This document shows, one piece after another, positions 19,734 through 30,663 of a DNA stretch of 64,000 nucleotides (position 1 is the stretch's first letter; each line of letters starts with the position of its first letter). The stretch spans positions 160,001 to 224,000 of the forward strand of contig JBCCHT010000009.1 in assembly GCA_039028615.1 (NCBI GenBank), in the 5' to 3' direction. The notes below the pieces were generated by a model. It searched no databases, was not told the DNA's origin, and worked only from the letters and a program-made list of their open reading frames with translations. Source of the stretch: Myxococcota bacterium (lineage in GTDB: Bacteria; Myxococcota_A; Polyangia; Nannocystales; Nannocystaceae). The position numbers were made by a program, and so were the translations under genes.

Positions 19734-20024
19734 ATGCTCGACGAACCGGGAAAAAAGAAGCTCCTGACTCGCTTGCGCCGTATCGAGGGCCAGGTGGGGG
19801 GCCTGCGCCGCATGCTCGAACAGGACGACTACTGCGTCGACGTGCTGCTGCAGATCAGCGCCGCCCAGGGGGCTCTGGGCAAGGTGGGGCACATCCTGCT
19901 CGAGTCGCACATTCGGCACTGCGTGCAAGAGGCGTTCACCCACGGTGACGCCGGGTCCCGCGACGAGAAAATCGACGAACTCATGGAAGTCTTCTCCCGC
20001 TACGGCGGACGGGCATCGAGGTGA
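19734..20024 (+). CDS. csoR: CsoR/RcnR family metal-sensing repressor (Cu(I) type)
   Basis: RLRRIEGQVGGLRRML, YCVDVLLQISA, HIRHCV giving the x-C-H-C fingerprint. Confidence 0.9.
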   Translation: MLDEPGKKKLLTRLRRIEGQVGGLRRMLEQDDYCVDVLLQISAAQGALGKVGHILLESHIRHCVQEAFTHGDAGSRDEKIDELMEVFSRYGGRASR

Positions 20025-20027
20025 GCC

Positions 20028-21251
20028 ATGGCGCTGTGGCACGCGATTTGGGCGACCCTGCTCGAGCTTTCGCCCTGGCTGTTGCTGGGAGCGGTGGTGG
20101 CCGGGGTCCTGCACCGGGTGCTGCCACCCGGCTTCATCGGTCGGCACCTGGGCGGGCGCGGCGGCGTGCTCAAGGCGGTGGCCTTGGGGGTGCCCTTGCC
20201 GCTGTGCTCGTGCGGCGTGATTCCGGCCGGTCTCGGCTTGCGGCGTGACGGCGCCAGCCCGGGCGCATCGGTCGGCTTTCTCATCAGCACGCCGCAGACG
20301 GGGGTCGACTCGATCCTGGTCTCCGCGTCGATGCTCGGGTGGCCCTTTGCGCTGCTCAAGCTCGCGGTTGCAGGCGTGACGGGGCTCGTCGGGGGCTGGC
20401 TCACCGATGCCACGGGGGCCGGGGACGACGATGCCAGGCCGTCCGGGTCGGGCTCCGAGGCTGCGACCGAAGGTCCCCGTAGCGTTCGCGCGGCCGTCAA
20501 TCACGGGGTCGACGTCCTGCGCACCATTTGGCGTTGGCTCGTGTTCGGCGTCGTCGTCTCGGCCCTGATCACCACCTTCGTCCCGCCTTCGGTCTTCGCC
20601 TCGTTCACCGGTTCGGGGGAGCTGGTGTCCCTGGTGGCGGTGCTGCTGCTGGCGCTGCCTCTTTATGTCTGCGCGACCGCGTCGGTGCCCATCGCGGCCG
20701 CCCTGGTCGCCGGGGGCTTTCCTCCGGGGGCGGCGCTGGTCTTCCTCATGGCCGGCCCCGCCACCAACCTCGCCACGCTCGGGGCCGTGCATCGCGGGCT
20801 GGGCCGGCGGGCGCTGGTGATCTACGTGGCCACCATCGTCGCCGGCAGCATCTCGGCCGCCGTGCTCTTCGACTTCGTGCTCACGGGCACCGCCGCCGTC
20901 GCCCACGTGCACGCCGAGCATGCGTCGCCCGTCGCCATCGCCTCTTCGGTGCTCTTGCTCGGGCTGCTGGCCTGGTTCGCCTTCGAGGATCTTCGCGCGT
21001 GGTGGCCTCGCGGGGCATCGCCCACGGTCGAGGCGGCGGTCGTCGAGCTTCCGGTGCAGGGCATGACCTGCGGCGGCTGTGCCAATCGCCTGCAGCGAGC
21101 CTTGCTTGCGGATCCAGGTGTAGTGGAAGCCACGGTGGATCTCGAAGGCAAGCGAGCTACGGTACGCACCACCACGTCCGGGTCACGGATTCGCGACATC
21201 GTGGAGGAGGCCGGCTTTCAGCCGGGAGAAGCGAGCCTGGTATCCTCCTAG
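20028..21251 (+). CDS. DUF318/ArsP-like permease fused to a C-terminal HMA domain
   Basis: PLPLCSCGVIP, FLISTPQTGVDS, LYVCATASVP, FLMAGPATN; C-terminal GMTCGGC. Confidence 0.88.
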   Translation: MALWHAIWATLLELSPWLLLGAVVAGVLHRVLPPGFIGRHLGGRGGVLKAVALGVPLPLCSCGVIPAGLGLRRDGASPGASVGFLISTPQTGVDSILVSASMLGWPFALLKLAVAGVTGLVGGWLTDATGAGDDDARPSGSGSEAATEGPRSVRAAVNHGVDVLRTIWRWLVFGVVVSALITTFVPPSVFASFTGSGELVSLVAVLLLALPLYVCATASVPIAAALVAGGFPPGAALVFLMAGPATNLATLGAVHRGLGRRALVIYVATIVAGSISAAVLFDFVLTGTAAVAHVHAEHASPVAIASSVLLLGLLAWFAFEDLRAWWPRGASPTVEAAVVELPVQGMTCGGCANRLQRALLADPGVVEATVDLEGKRATVRTTTSGSRIRDIVEEAGFQPGEASLVSS

Positions 21252-21267
21252 CCGCTTCCCCGCCATC

Positions 21268-22449
21268 ATGAGCGTCCTCGATTCACTGCCTCGGCTCCCG
21301 ATTTCGGTGAGCCCCCTCGTCGCCGTTCGTGGTGCTTGCCTCGGGCTCGCCATGGGCCTGCTCTCGCTGGGCTGCGGCCCCAAGCTCCAGGTCACGCGAC
21401 TCAACTCCGACCACAAGAAGCCGAACAACGTCTGGGTTTTCTTCACCGTCGAAGAAGGCGAGGAGCCCGTCGCCGAGCTCACCGCCGAAGACTTCGCGAT
21501 CTACGAAGACGAGAAGCTGGTCTCCACCTTCGAGAGCCAGCAGACCATCCAGAACCCCGAGGTCGCAGCTGTCATGTACACGCTGCTGCTGCTCGACATG
21601 AGCGGCAGCATCACCGAGTCGGGCTCCGCCGACATCGTGGTCGATGCGGCCAAGAGCTTCGTCGAGCGCGTGGGCAAGTCCCAGAAGGTCGCGGTCTTCG
21701 CCTTCGACGGTGACAAGAAGATCCGCTCCGTGGTGCGCTTCACCGAGGCCAAGGGCTCGGTCGAAGGCGGGCTCGAGGGGCTGCGTAGCTACAAGGCCAA
21801 GGACCCGTCCACCAACCTGCACGGGGCCGTCGTCCAGGGGCTCGATGTCCTGCGAAAGGCGCTCGACAAGGACAAGCGCCCGCTCAAGTTCGGCACCGTC
21901 GTCGTGTTCTCCGATGGCACCGACCGCGCCGCTCGGGTCACCAAAGAAGAGATGACCGAGGCGCTCGGCCAGTCCGACTATCGCGACTTCGAGATTTTCG
22001 CCATCGGCGTGGGCGGGGAGATCGAGGAACAGAGCCTCGGCGAGATCGGTCGCGATGGCACCGAGCTGGTCGAAGACGGCAGCAACGTCCAGGAAGCGTT
22101 CGAGCGCGTCGCCAGGCGCATCGAGGCCCACGCCAAGCGCTTCTATTTGCTGTCCTACTGCACGCCCGCCCGCAACGGCGAGCACACCGTGCGCATCGAG
22201 GCCCAGGCCGATCGCAACGCCAAGGGCCGCGCCCGCAAGACGGGCAGCGTGTCATGGACCTTCGATGCGACCGGCTTCGGCCCGCCGCCCGCGTGCGACC
22301 CTTCGCGCAAACCAGCGTTCAAGCTCGACGCGAACCTGGTTCCCGACGACGAGGCCGAAGAAGACGACGGGAACGACGGCGGCCGCGGCAAGGGACGAGC
22401 CAAGGGCGGCTTCTCGTTCGGCAAGCCGGCCTCGCCCGGCGGTGAGTAA
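21268..22449 (+). CDS. VWA-domain lipoprotein
   Basis: Lipobox SLGC; LTAEDFAIYED, LLLDMSGSI (MIDAS), STNLHGAV, FSDGTD. Confidence 0.85.
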   Translation: MSVLDSLPRLPISVSPLVAVRGACLGLAMGLLSLGCGPKLQVTRLNSDHKKPNNVWVFFTVEEGEEPVAELTAEDFAIYEDEKLVSTFESQQTIQNPEVAAVMYTLLLLDMSGSITESGSADIVVDAAKSFVERVGKSQKVAVFAFDGDKKIRSVVRFTEAKGSVEGGLEGLRSYKAKDPSTNLHGAVVQGLDVLRKALDKDKRPLKFGTVVVFSDGTDRAARVTKEEMTEALGQSDYRDFEIFAIGVGGEIEEQSLGEIGRDGTELVEDGSNVQEAFERVARRIEAHAKRFYLLSYCTPARNGEHTVRIEAQADRNAKGRARKTGSVSWTFDATGFGPPPACDPSRKPAFKLDANLVPDDEAEEDDGNDGGRGKGRAKGGFSFGKPASPGGE

Positions 22450-22486
22450 CACCTCCGGCTGAACGGCCCCGTGGTACCGTCAACCG

Positions 22487-23710
22487 GTGACGTCGATCCG
22501 GGCACCGCGGCACGGGGTGACCGGGCTCGGCCTCGCGCTCGTCGTCGTTTCGACGCTGGCCGATCCGCTCGGTCTATCGTCGCAGCCGGGCTTCGGGAGC
22601 GTTCAGGTCGCGGGGCTCTTGGCGGGCCTGGTGCTGGTCGGATGGGGCGCGACGGCGGGGCACACCAAGCTCCGCGGCGCTCGCAATCGAGTGCTGCTCG
22701 CCGTGGGTTCTGTGTACTTCACGCTGTGGGGTATCGAGCTCCTGTTTACCTATCCCCTCAACCCGCGGCTGCACGTCAAGATGCCGATCCTGGGCCTGCA
22801 CGGGCTGTACGAGATCGGGGACCAGACGGCCTACCGGATGACCCCGCACTATCGGGGGACCTTCGACGATGGCGTCGTCTCGGTCCCCGTGGTGACCAAC
22901 TCGCGCGGTGACCGAGACGACGAGCCACGGCCCGACGTCCCCGAGTCACGGCGGGTGCTGCTGCTGGGCGACTCGCAGACCTGGGGGCATGGACTCACCG
23001 GGGCCGAGAGCGTCGACGCGCGGATCGAGCATCACTCGCAGACGGGGCTCGATGCCTACAGCGTCGCGGTGCCGGGCTACGGCGCGGGCGACAGCTTGGC
23101 GCGGTATACCGAGACCGACTGGTGGCGTGGACCCACCGTCGTGTACGTGTTCTTCGCCAACGACCTCCAGAACGACAACGTCGACCCGGGGCGCATGACC
23201 GTGTACTCGGGGTACCCGGTGCCGGTCCATCGTCCCGACGGGGTGCCCTATACCGAGCAGGAGTGGGACCAGATCATCGAGATCACCCGCAAGCACGGCC
23301 ACATCAGCGGCGAGCAGAACCCGCTGCGGCTGACCTTCACCTTGGTCCGGCTCCGCACGATGCTCGCCCGTGCGCTCGACCGCAACGCGCGGCTCATCGG
23401 CTACTCCGATGAGCACTTCGGCCCCGACAACGTGAAGATCGCCCTGGGCTACACCGAGCAGATGAGAGCGCTCGCGCGAGAGCGCGGTGCCGCGTTCAGG
23501 GTCGTCGTCCTCCCCGCGGTGGGCGAGGCGATGGCCGACGAGTACTCGGACTGGACCCGGGAGTACGTCGACGGCTTGGCCGCGGGCGGGTTCGACGTCC
23601 TCGAGGTCATCGAGGCCCTCGATTCATCGCACTACTTCGGCCACGACCCCCACATCAATGCGGCGGGGGCGGATCGGTTGGCCCGGGCGATCGTCGCGAG
23701 CGTGGAGTAG
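22487..23710 (+). CDS. membrane-anchored SGNH/GDSL hydrolase family protein
   Basis: N-terminal TMs, TNSRGDRD, LLGDSQTWG, AVPGYG, FFANDL, DPHINAAG. Confidence 0.8.
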   Translation: MTSIRAPRHGVTGLGLALVVVSTLADPLGLSSQPGFGSVQVAGLLAGLVLVGWGATAGHTKLRGARNRVLLAVGSVYFTLWGIELLFTYPLNPRLHVKMPILGLHGLYEIGDQTAYRMTPHYRGTFDDGVVSVPVVTNSRGDRDDEPRPDVPESRRVLLLGDSQTWGHGLTGAESVDARIEHHSQTGLDAYSVAVPGYGAGDSLARYTETDWWRGPTVVYVFFANDLQNDNVDPGRMTVYSGYPVPVHRPDGVPYTEQEWDQIIEITRKHGHISGEQNPLRLTFTLVRLRTMLARALDRNARLIGYSDEHFGPDNVKIALGYTEQMRALARERGAAFRVVVLPAVGEAMADEYSDWTREYVDGLAAGGFDVLEVIEALDSSHYFGHDPHINAAGADRLARAIVASVE

Positions 23711-23723
23711 GCCTCGCGCGCGT

Positions 23724-24941
23724 CTAGGCGGCGTGGACCCGAACGGCCGCGCGAGCCTGCGCCTTGGCTTCGGCTTGGGCGTTGCGCCACGCTTCGATGA
23801 GCTCCGTTTCACGCTCGCGGCTGATGCCCGCGCGCATCGTGCCGCGGCGCTCCTCGGGTTGCTCTCGCCACCAGGCCAGCGTGTCGCGGACCGTCTCTTC
23901 CAGGCTGCGCGTGGTGAGGCCGGTGTCCTTGGCCCGCGTGGCGTCGATCTGGGCGAAGCCTTCGTAGCCCTCGGCCCCGGGCGGCACCCACACGGGCATC
24001 TGCATCCACGGAGCGACCTCGTTGGCCTCGAGGAACTCCTTGTCGGCCCACACCAGCGAGCCCTTGGTCTGGGCCTGGGCGAGGCAGGTCTCGAGCAAGG
24101 CGCCGATGGTGGTGGGAGGGAAGGGGCCCACCAGGTTGTAGACGCCGGTATGGACCTGCTCGAGGGCGCCGATCATCCACGCCGCCAGATCCCGTGCATC
24201 GATGACCTGGATGGGATCGTCGGGCGTGCCGGGGCTGAGGATCTCGCCGCCCTGGTCGATGCGGGCGGGCCAGTAGGTGAAGCGATCGGTGGGATCGCCC
24301 GGGCCCACGATGAGCCCCGGCCGAACATTGGTGGCGCGCCCGGGCAGGACTTCCTCGACGGTGGCCTCGCACGCGGCCTTGAGCCCGCCGTAGAACTGCG
24401 GGACGTCCTCGACGGTGGGGTCTGCGAGCGTGGCGGTGGGGTAGGTCTCGTCGATGCCGAGCTTGGTGAAGTCGGCGTAGGCGGAGACGCTGGACACGAA
24501 CAGGTATTGACCCACGTTGGGCGCGAGTAGCTCGGCCGACTGCCGCACCACCCGGGGCACGTAGCCCGAAGTGTCGATGACCGCCCGGAACCGCCGACCC
24601 TTCAGCGCATCGAGCTTGCCGTCGCGGTCGCCCTTGAGTTTCTCGAGGTCGGGGAAGAGCCCGGGGTTGGTCTTGCCGCGGTTGAACAGCGTCACCGTCC
24701 AGCCCTGGGCGAGGGCCGCCTCGACCACGTGAGGACCCAGGAATCCGGTGCCACCCAGCACCAGGAGGCTCTTTTCGGCGAAATCTTCGGGGCGCGGTGC
24801 GGCCGGGGCTGGGGCAGCCGCGGTCCCGCCCGCATCGGGGGTCTGCGAGGCGGGCGATTGATCACGCCGGCAACCGAGCGTCAGCAGGCCGGTGGTGCTG
24901 CAGGCCAATCCTCCGAGGAACCGTCGTCGTGTGCTTCGCAT
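23724..24941 (-). CDS. atypical SDR / NAD-dependent epimerase with Tat-lipoprotein signal
   Basis: MRSTRRRFLGG...TLGC leader; LVLGGTGFLG, FNRG, VSSVSAY, YGGLK, RPGLIVGPGD, QVIDARDLA. Start trimmed to 24941. Confidence 0.88.
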   Translation of the reverse strand: MRSTRRRFLGGLACSTTGLLTLGCRRDQSPASQTPDAGGTAAAPAPAAPRPEDFAEKSLLVLGGTGFLGPHVVEAALAQGWTVTLFNRGKTNPGLFPDLEKLKGDRDGKLDALKGRRFRAVIDTSGYVPRVVRQSAELLAPNVGQYLFVSSVSAYADFTKLGIDETYPTATLADPTVEDVPQFYGGLKAACEATVEEVLPGRATNVRPGLIVGPGDPTDRFTYWPARIDQGGEILSPGTPDDPIQVIDARDLAAWMIGALEQVHTGVYNLVGPFPPTTIGALLETCLAQAQTKGSLVWADKEFLEANEVAPWMQMPVWVPPGAEGYEGFAQIDATRAKDTGLTTRSLEETVRDTLAWWREQPEERRGTMRAGISRERETELIEAWRNAQAEAKAQARAAVRVHAA

Positions 24942-25033
24942 ATCGTCTCCGCGCCGGCCTTGGACCCGCGGTCCCCCGGTCGTAGTTTCGTCGCCGACCG
25001 AAACTACCGCGCGATCGTGGTAGTCCAAAGCCC

Positions 25034-26278
25034 GTGTCCGAGCCGACGCCCACCGCCGAGCCCTCGCGGAGTGAGCGCGCCCGGGCGATCGAGGGCAGCC
25101 TCTGCTTCTTCCTGCTGCTGGCCGGGTACTACGTGCTCCGCCCCGTACGCGAGGAGATGGGCATCCAAGGCGGGGTCCGCCAGCTGCAGTGGCTGTACAC
25201 GGGGACCTTCGTCGCCGTGCTCGCGGTGGTGCCCGTGCTGTCGTGGCTGGTCTCACGGCTACGACGACGGGTGGCCGTGCCCATCATCTACGGGCTCTTC
25301 GTCGCCAACCTCTTGGTGTTCGCGGTCCTCGTGCCGCAGGTGAGCGCGCAGACCAAGGTCGTGCTCGCTCGCGTGATCTACGTGTGGATCAGCGTCTTCA
25401 ACATGTTCGCCATCTCGCTGTTCTGGGCGCTGATGGCCGACTCGTTCGACGTGGCGAGCAGCAAGCGTCAGTTCGGGGTCATCGCGGCGGGTGGCAGCGC
25501 AGGGGCGATCCTGGGCCCGCTGCTCACCGCCAGCCTCGCCGAGCGCCTCGGGCCGATTCCCCTGTTGCTGGTCGCGGCGGCCCTGTTGTTCGGGGCGACG
25601 CTGTGGGTGGCTCGCCTCGGTCGCGCCGCTCGGGACGGCGACGAAGACTCGATCGGCGGTCGGTGGTGGGAGGGCGTGGCTCGGTTGGTGCGCTCGCCCC
25701 AGCTGCTCGCCATCTCCGGCTACATCGTCCTGCACACCTCGGTGTCGACGTTCTTGTACTTCGAGCAGGCCAACATCGTGGCCGCGGCCTTCGACGACGA
25801 AGGCGTGCGCACGCGGCTATTCGCCCAGATGGACCTGGGGACGAACGTGCTCGCCCTGGCGCTTCAGGCCCTGGCGACGGCGGGTCTCATTCGTCGCTTC
25901 GGCATCGGGTTCCTGCTGCTGTCGGTGCCGATCTTGAGCCTCGCCGGGTTCGCCGCGCTGACCGTCGCCCCCGTGCTGGCGGTGCTGGTCACGGTGCAGG
26001 TGCTACGGCGCGCCTTCAACTATGCGCTCGCCCGCCCCGCTCGCGAGATCCTCTTCACCGCCGTCGATCCGGCAGAGCGCTACAAGAGCAAGCTGGTCAT
26101 CGACACGGTGGTCTATCGCGGCGGTGACCTCATCTCGGCCTGGGCCTTCGCGGGCCTCAGCGGTCTCGGGCTCGGCCTCGGGGCGATCGCGGCGGTCGGC
26201 ATGCGGGTCGCCGCCGTCTGGGGGGTCGTGGCCCGGATGCTGGGCAAGCGGGCGCCCGCCGCTCGGCCCGACGCGTGA
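25034..26278 (+). CDS. MFS transporter, NTP/NDP (ATP:ADP antiporter-like) family
   Basis: YYVLRPVRE, YVWISVFNMFAISLFW, RPAREILFT, YKSKLVIDTVVYRGGD. Confidence 0.88.
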   Translation: MSEPTPTAEPSRSERARAIEGSLCFFLLLAGYYVLRPVREEMGIQGGVRQLQWLYTGTFVAVLAVVPVLSWLVSRLRRRVAVPIIYGLFVANLLVFAVLVPQVSAQTKVVLARVIYVWISVFNMFAISLFWALMADSFDVASSKRQFGVIAAGGSAGAILGPLLTASLAERLGPIPLLLVAAALLFGATLWVARLGRAARDGDEDSIGGRWWEGVARLVRSPQLLAISGYIVLHTSVSTFLYFEQANIVAAAFDDEGVRTRLFAQMDLGTNVLALALQALATAGLIRRFGIGFLLLSVPILSLAGFAALTVAPVLAVLVTVQVLRRAFNYALARPAREILFTAVDPAERYKSKLVIDTVVYRGGDLISAWAFAGLSGLGLGLGAIAAVGMRVAAVWGVVARMLGKRAPAARPDA

Positions 26279-26287
26279 CGCAGGCCG

Positions 26288-26755
26288 TCAGCGCTCCCAC
26301 TTCGTGTAGGGTGTGCGGCTGAGGTTCGAGTTGAGGTAGCGCGGATCCTCGGTCACGTCCTCGCCCACCCACGCGGGCCGCTCGAACTCTTGCCCCCGTC
26401 GCTCGAGCTCGATCTCCGCGACCACCAGGCCCTCGTTTTCGCCGGAGAACACGTCGACCTCCCACGTGAAGCCAGCGAAGGGCACGAGGTAGCGGATCTT
26501 GTCGATGCGGCCGGGCTCGCACAGCCGATCGAGCATCTCGTCGGCGTCCTGCACGGGGATCGGGTACTCGAACTCCGGGGCGGCGGCGCCGACCTTGCGC
26601 CCCTTGATGGTCAGTCGCGCCTGGTCACCGATGCGACGGATCCGAACGGTGCGATCGGGATCGCGACTGAGATACCCCTGGCGAATGGTCTGGCCATCGC
26701 TGGGGAGCGGAAAAGGCCCCGGCACCAGGAATTTGCGCTCGATTTCCGTTCCCAT
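26288..26755 (-). CDS. CYTH domain protein
   Basis: EIERKFLV, IRQGYL, VRIR, LTIKG, EFEYPIP, WEVDVF, VVAEIEL, EDVTEDPRY. Confidence 0.92.
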   Translation of the reverse strand: MGTEIERKFLVPGPFPLPSDGQTIRQGYLSRDPDRTVRIRRIGDQARLTIKGRKVGAAAPEFEYPIPVQDADEMLDRLCEPGRIDKIRYLVPFAGFTWEVDVFSGENEGLVVAEIELERRGQEFERPAWVGEDVTEDPRYLNSNLSRTPYTKWER

Positions 26756-26814
26756 GGTTCGCGCCCAGTGTACGCGGATTGGCCGGCGAGTTTGAGCTAC
26801 CCTCGTGTCACCCC

Positions 26815-27915
26815 ATGAGCGCCGCCCCCAAGAGGTTGATGATCGTGATCGGCACTCGGCCCGAGGCCATCAAGCTGGCCCCGGTGGCCCTGGCGGCGCA
26901 AGCCGACCCGCGCTTCGAGGTGCGAGTGGTCCGTACCAGTCAGCACCGCGAGATGCTCGATCAGATGGTCGAGCACTTCGGGCTGCCCATCGCCGCCGAT
27001 CTCGACATCATGCGGCACGACCAGAACCTGGCGCAGATCACCACCGCCGCGCTCGAGGGGCTGTACGGCACCATCGCCGAGCAGGCGCCCGATTGCGTGG
27101 TCGTGCAAGGCGACACCACCACGACCTTCTGCGGCGCCCTGGCGGCTTTTTATCACCGCATCCCCGTCGCCCACGTCGAGGCGGGCCTACGCACGGGCGA
27201 CCGGTTCTCGCCCTATCCCGAGGAGGTCAACCGCTGCCTCACGGGGCAGATCACCGACTTCCACTTCGCCCCCACCGAGGGCGCCCAGGCCAACCTGCTG
27301 CGCGAAGGCGTGCCCGCCTCGCAAGTCACGGTGACGGGCAACACGGCGATCGACGCGCTGCACATCACCCTGGCCAAGCGGAAGGAGCCGGTCACGGTGA
27401 AGGGGCGGCAGATCCTCGTGACGGCGCACCGCCGAGAGAACCATGGCGAGCCGATGGCCGCGATCTGCGACGCGGTGCTGCGCCTGGTCGAGGCCTTCCC
27501 CGACGTCACCGTGCGGTTCCCCGTGCATCTCTCCCCGCGCGTGCGCGAGACCGTCTTCGGGCGACTGCAGGGGCACGAGCGCATCACGCTCGAGGACCCG
27601 CTCGGCTACGCCGATTTCGTGGCCGCGATGGCCGAGTCCACGCTCATCCTCTCGGACTCGGGCGGCGTCCAGGAAGAAGCCCCCTCGCTCGACAAGCCGG
27701 TGCTGGTCTTGCGTGAGAGCACCGAGCGGCCCGAGGCGGTCGAGTCCGGCGCCGCGCGGCTGGTCGGCACCGACGCCGAGCGAATCGTGGTCGAGGCGCA
27801 GCGCTTGCTCGAAGATGCCGAGCACTACGGCGCGATGGCCCGCGCGCCCAATCCTTTCGGCGACGGACGAGCCGCCCAGCGCATCATCGATGTCCTCGCG
27901 GGACGACTCTCATGA
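26815..27915 (+). CDS. wecB: UDP-N-acetylglucosamine 2-epimerase (non-hydrolysing)
   Basis: GTRPEAIK, QHREMLDQ, VQGDTTT, HVEAGLRT, PEEVNR, TAHRREN, DSGGVQEEAP, TERPEA, NPFGDG. Confidence 0.95.
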   Translation: MSAAPKRLMIVIGTRPEAIKLAPVALAAQADPRFEVRVVRTSQHREMLDQMVEHFGLPIAADLDIMRHDQNLAQITTAALEGLYGTIAEQAPDCVVVQGDTTTTFCGALAAFYHRIPVAHVEAGLRTGDRFSPYPEEVNRCLTGQITDFHFAPTEGAQANLLREGVPASQVTVTGNTAIDALHITLAKRKEPVTVKGRQILVTAHRRENHGEPMAAICDAVLRLVEAFPDVTVRFPVHLSPRVRETVFGRLQGHERITLEDPLGYADFVAAMAESTLILSDSGGVQEEAPSLDKPVLVLRESTERPEAVESGAARLVGTDAERIVVEAQRLLEDAEHYGAMARAPNPFGDGRAAQRIIDVLAGRLS

Positions 27916-28751
27916 GCAGCACCATCGAGTTGAACACCAAGAAGGACTTTTGGGACGGCCCCGGCGGCGCCAAGTGGGTCGCCTCGCAGGCCCTCATGGA
28001 TCGGATCCTGGAGCCCTTTGCCACCGCCGTGCTCGACGACGCCCAGCTGCCGAGCGAAGGCACGCTGGTCGACGTCGGTTGTGGCTGCGGCGGGAGCACC
28101 TTGATGGCCGCGCGCCGCCAGCCGGGGCTGAGCGTGATCGGGGTCGATGTCTCGAGCGCGATGCTCGAGCGGGCGCGGGAGCGAGCCCGCGACGAGGGGC
28201 TCGACATTCGCTTCGAGCACGCCGATGCCGCGACCGCCCGCCCGGCACCGGGGGTCGACCGCATCATCTCGCGCTTCGGGGTGATGTTCTTCGCCGACCT
28301 GGTGGCCGCGTTCCGCAACATGCGGCAGTGGCTGAAGCCCGGCGGACGCTTGGTGGCCGCGGTCTGGAATCCGCTCGAAGACAACCCTTGGATGCTCGAC
28401 CTATTCGAGACCCTGAAGCCTCACGTCGACGTCTCGCTGCCGACCCCCGGCGGCCCCGGTCCGTTCTCGTTGGGCGACCTGGCCACCACGGGGGAACTGC
28501 TGAGCGAGGCGGGCTTCGTCTCCGTCGCGCAGTACCCGATGGGCCTGCCCATGCGCATTCCCGGTCCCATCGAGGACGCGATACGTTTTCAGCTCGAGCG
28601 AACCCTCGTGGCCGAGGCGCTCGAGGGGGCCTCGCCCGAGCAGCGAGAGGCCGTGCACGGCGCCATTCGGGCGTACGTGGAGGCGCGCCACGACGGTAAC
28701 GCGCTGACGTTGGCGGCCAGCGCCCGCTTGATCGACGCTGGGATCGAGTGA
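27912..28751 (+). CDS. class I SAM-dependent methyltransferase
   Basis: [42 protein letters not shown] overlap with wecB. Confidence 0.9.
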   Translation: MSSTIELNTKKDFWDGPGGAKWVASQALMDRILEPFATAVLDDAQLPSEGTLVDVGCGCGGSTLMAARRQPGLSVIGVDVSSAMLERARERARDEGLDIRFEHADAATARPAPGVDRIISRFGVMFFADLVAAFRNMRQWLKPGGRLVAAVWNPLEDNPWMLDLFETLKPHVDVSLPTPGGPGPFSLGDLATTGELLSEAGFVSVAQYPMGLPMRIPGPIEDAIRFQLERTLVAEALEGASPEQREAVHGAIRAYVEARHDGNALTLAASARLIDAGIE

Positions 28752-28847
28752 GGCCGGCGTCCGCCTGCGGTCGTGACCCATCGCGTGTACGGGGAATCTT
28801 CGGGGGCACCCCGCGCCGCCGAGTCGCGCTACCGTAGTGCGGTCATC

Positions 28848-29501
<654 letters not shown>

Positions 29502-29507
29502 GCCCGG

Positions 29508-30083
29508 CTACGGCTTCGCGGCGGCGGCTCGATCGCGCAGCGCTTGCAGCATGCTGGCCGGGTCCGTCGCGGTCAGCAGGTGCGCGCGGTTGTGGGCTTG
29601 GAGCAGCCTCTCGCTCACCGCCCGGTCGAACCACGCCAGCAGGTGGTCGTAGTACCCGTCGACATTGAGCAGCCCGATCGGCTTTTGGTGCATTCCGATC
29701 TGCGCCCACGTGGTGACCTCGGCGAGCTCCTCCAGCGTACCGAAGCCGCCCGGCAGCGCGATGAAGGCATCGGCGTGCTCGAACATCGCGGTCTTGCGCT
29801 CGTGCATCGAGTCCACCTCGATGAGCTTCGACAGCCCACGATGGGGAATCTCGCGCGCGAATAGCCGCGTCGGGATGACCCCCGTGACCGCGCCCCCCTT
29901 GGCCATCACCGTGTCGGCGATGAGCCCCATCAGGCCCACCGTGCCGCCGCCGTATACGAGCTCGAGGCCCTCGGCGGCGAGCCGCTCGCCCAGCTCGCGT
30001 GCGGCCGCAGTGATGGATTCGTTGTGCCCCGGCGCCGAAGCACAGTAGACACAGACCCGTTGGATCGTTGACGTGGCGGGCAC
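29508..30083 (-). CDS. LOG family nucleotide phosphoribohydrolase (TIGR00730-like)
   Basis: LVYGGG..GLMG, MHERK, ALPGGFGTLEE, KPIGLLNVDGYY. Confidence 0.92.
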   Translation of the reverse strand: MPATSTIQRVCVYCASAPGHNESITAAARELGERLAAEGLELVYGGGTVGLMGLIADTVMAKGGAVTGVIPTRLFAREIPHRGLSKLIEVDSMHERKTAMFEHADAFIALPGGFGTLEELAEVTTWAQIGMHQKPIGLLNVDGYYDHLLAWFDRAVSERLLQAHNRAHLLTATDPASMLQALRDRAAAAKP

Positions 30084-30205
30084 GGCGATTCCCTGAATGT
30101 GTAGGCTCTTCGAAGAGAGTCGGGCTCGAGCGCGCGATGACGCGAGTTCCGACGCGGCGTCGGCCGTCGGTCACCCCTGGTGCAGGTGACCGGCCGGCGT
30201 TCGGC

Positions 30206-30538
30206 TCATCGCAGCAGCTGCTCGAGCAGTTCGAAGTTCTCTTGTTCCTTGGGATCGATGACCCCGTCGGCCGAGAACACGGCCCGTGCCGCGTCGAGGA
30301 ACAGCTCGCGGTGCTGACGCGGGACGCGAGTAGGATCGACCTCTTCCGGCGGCGGCGGGCTCTTGAGCCAGCGCATGATCTGATCGCGGTCCTGCTCGAG
30401 GGCCAGCGTCTTCATCAGCTTCTCGACGATCTGCTTCTCGTCGTCCTGGACCTCGAGGTCGGCCCAGGCGAACGAGCACACGAACCTCATCAGGCGGAGA
30501 CGATCTTCGCGATCCAGCTCGGCGACGGTGGCGTCCAT
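30206..30538 (-). CDS. TerB family protein
   Basis: FAWADLEVQDDE and ADGVIDPKE half-repeat metal-binding motifs. Confidence 0.8.
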   Translation of the reverse strand: MDATVAELDREDRLRLMRFVCSFAWADLEVQDDEKQIVEKLMKTLALEQDRDQIMRWLKSPPPPEEVDPTRVPRQHRELFLDAARAVFSADGVIDPKEQENFELLEQLLR

Positions 30539-30663
30539 GGGCGGACGATATCACGTCGGCGCCGCCGTCGGACGGGCCCGGCCCCGAGCGCGCAATTGGG
30601 CGCAGAACGGGCGCAACTGCGCGGTTGGGGCCTTTTTCGTCGTTCGCCTACACCGCGAGCCCG

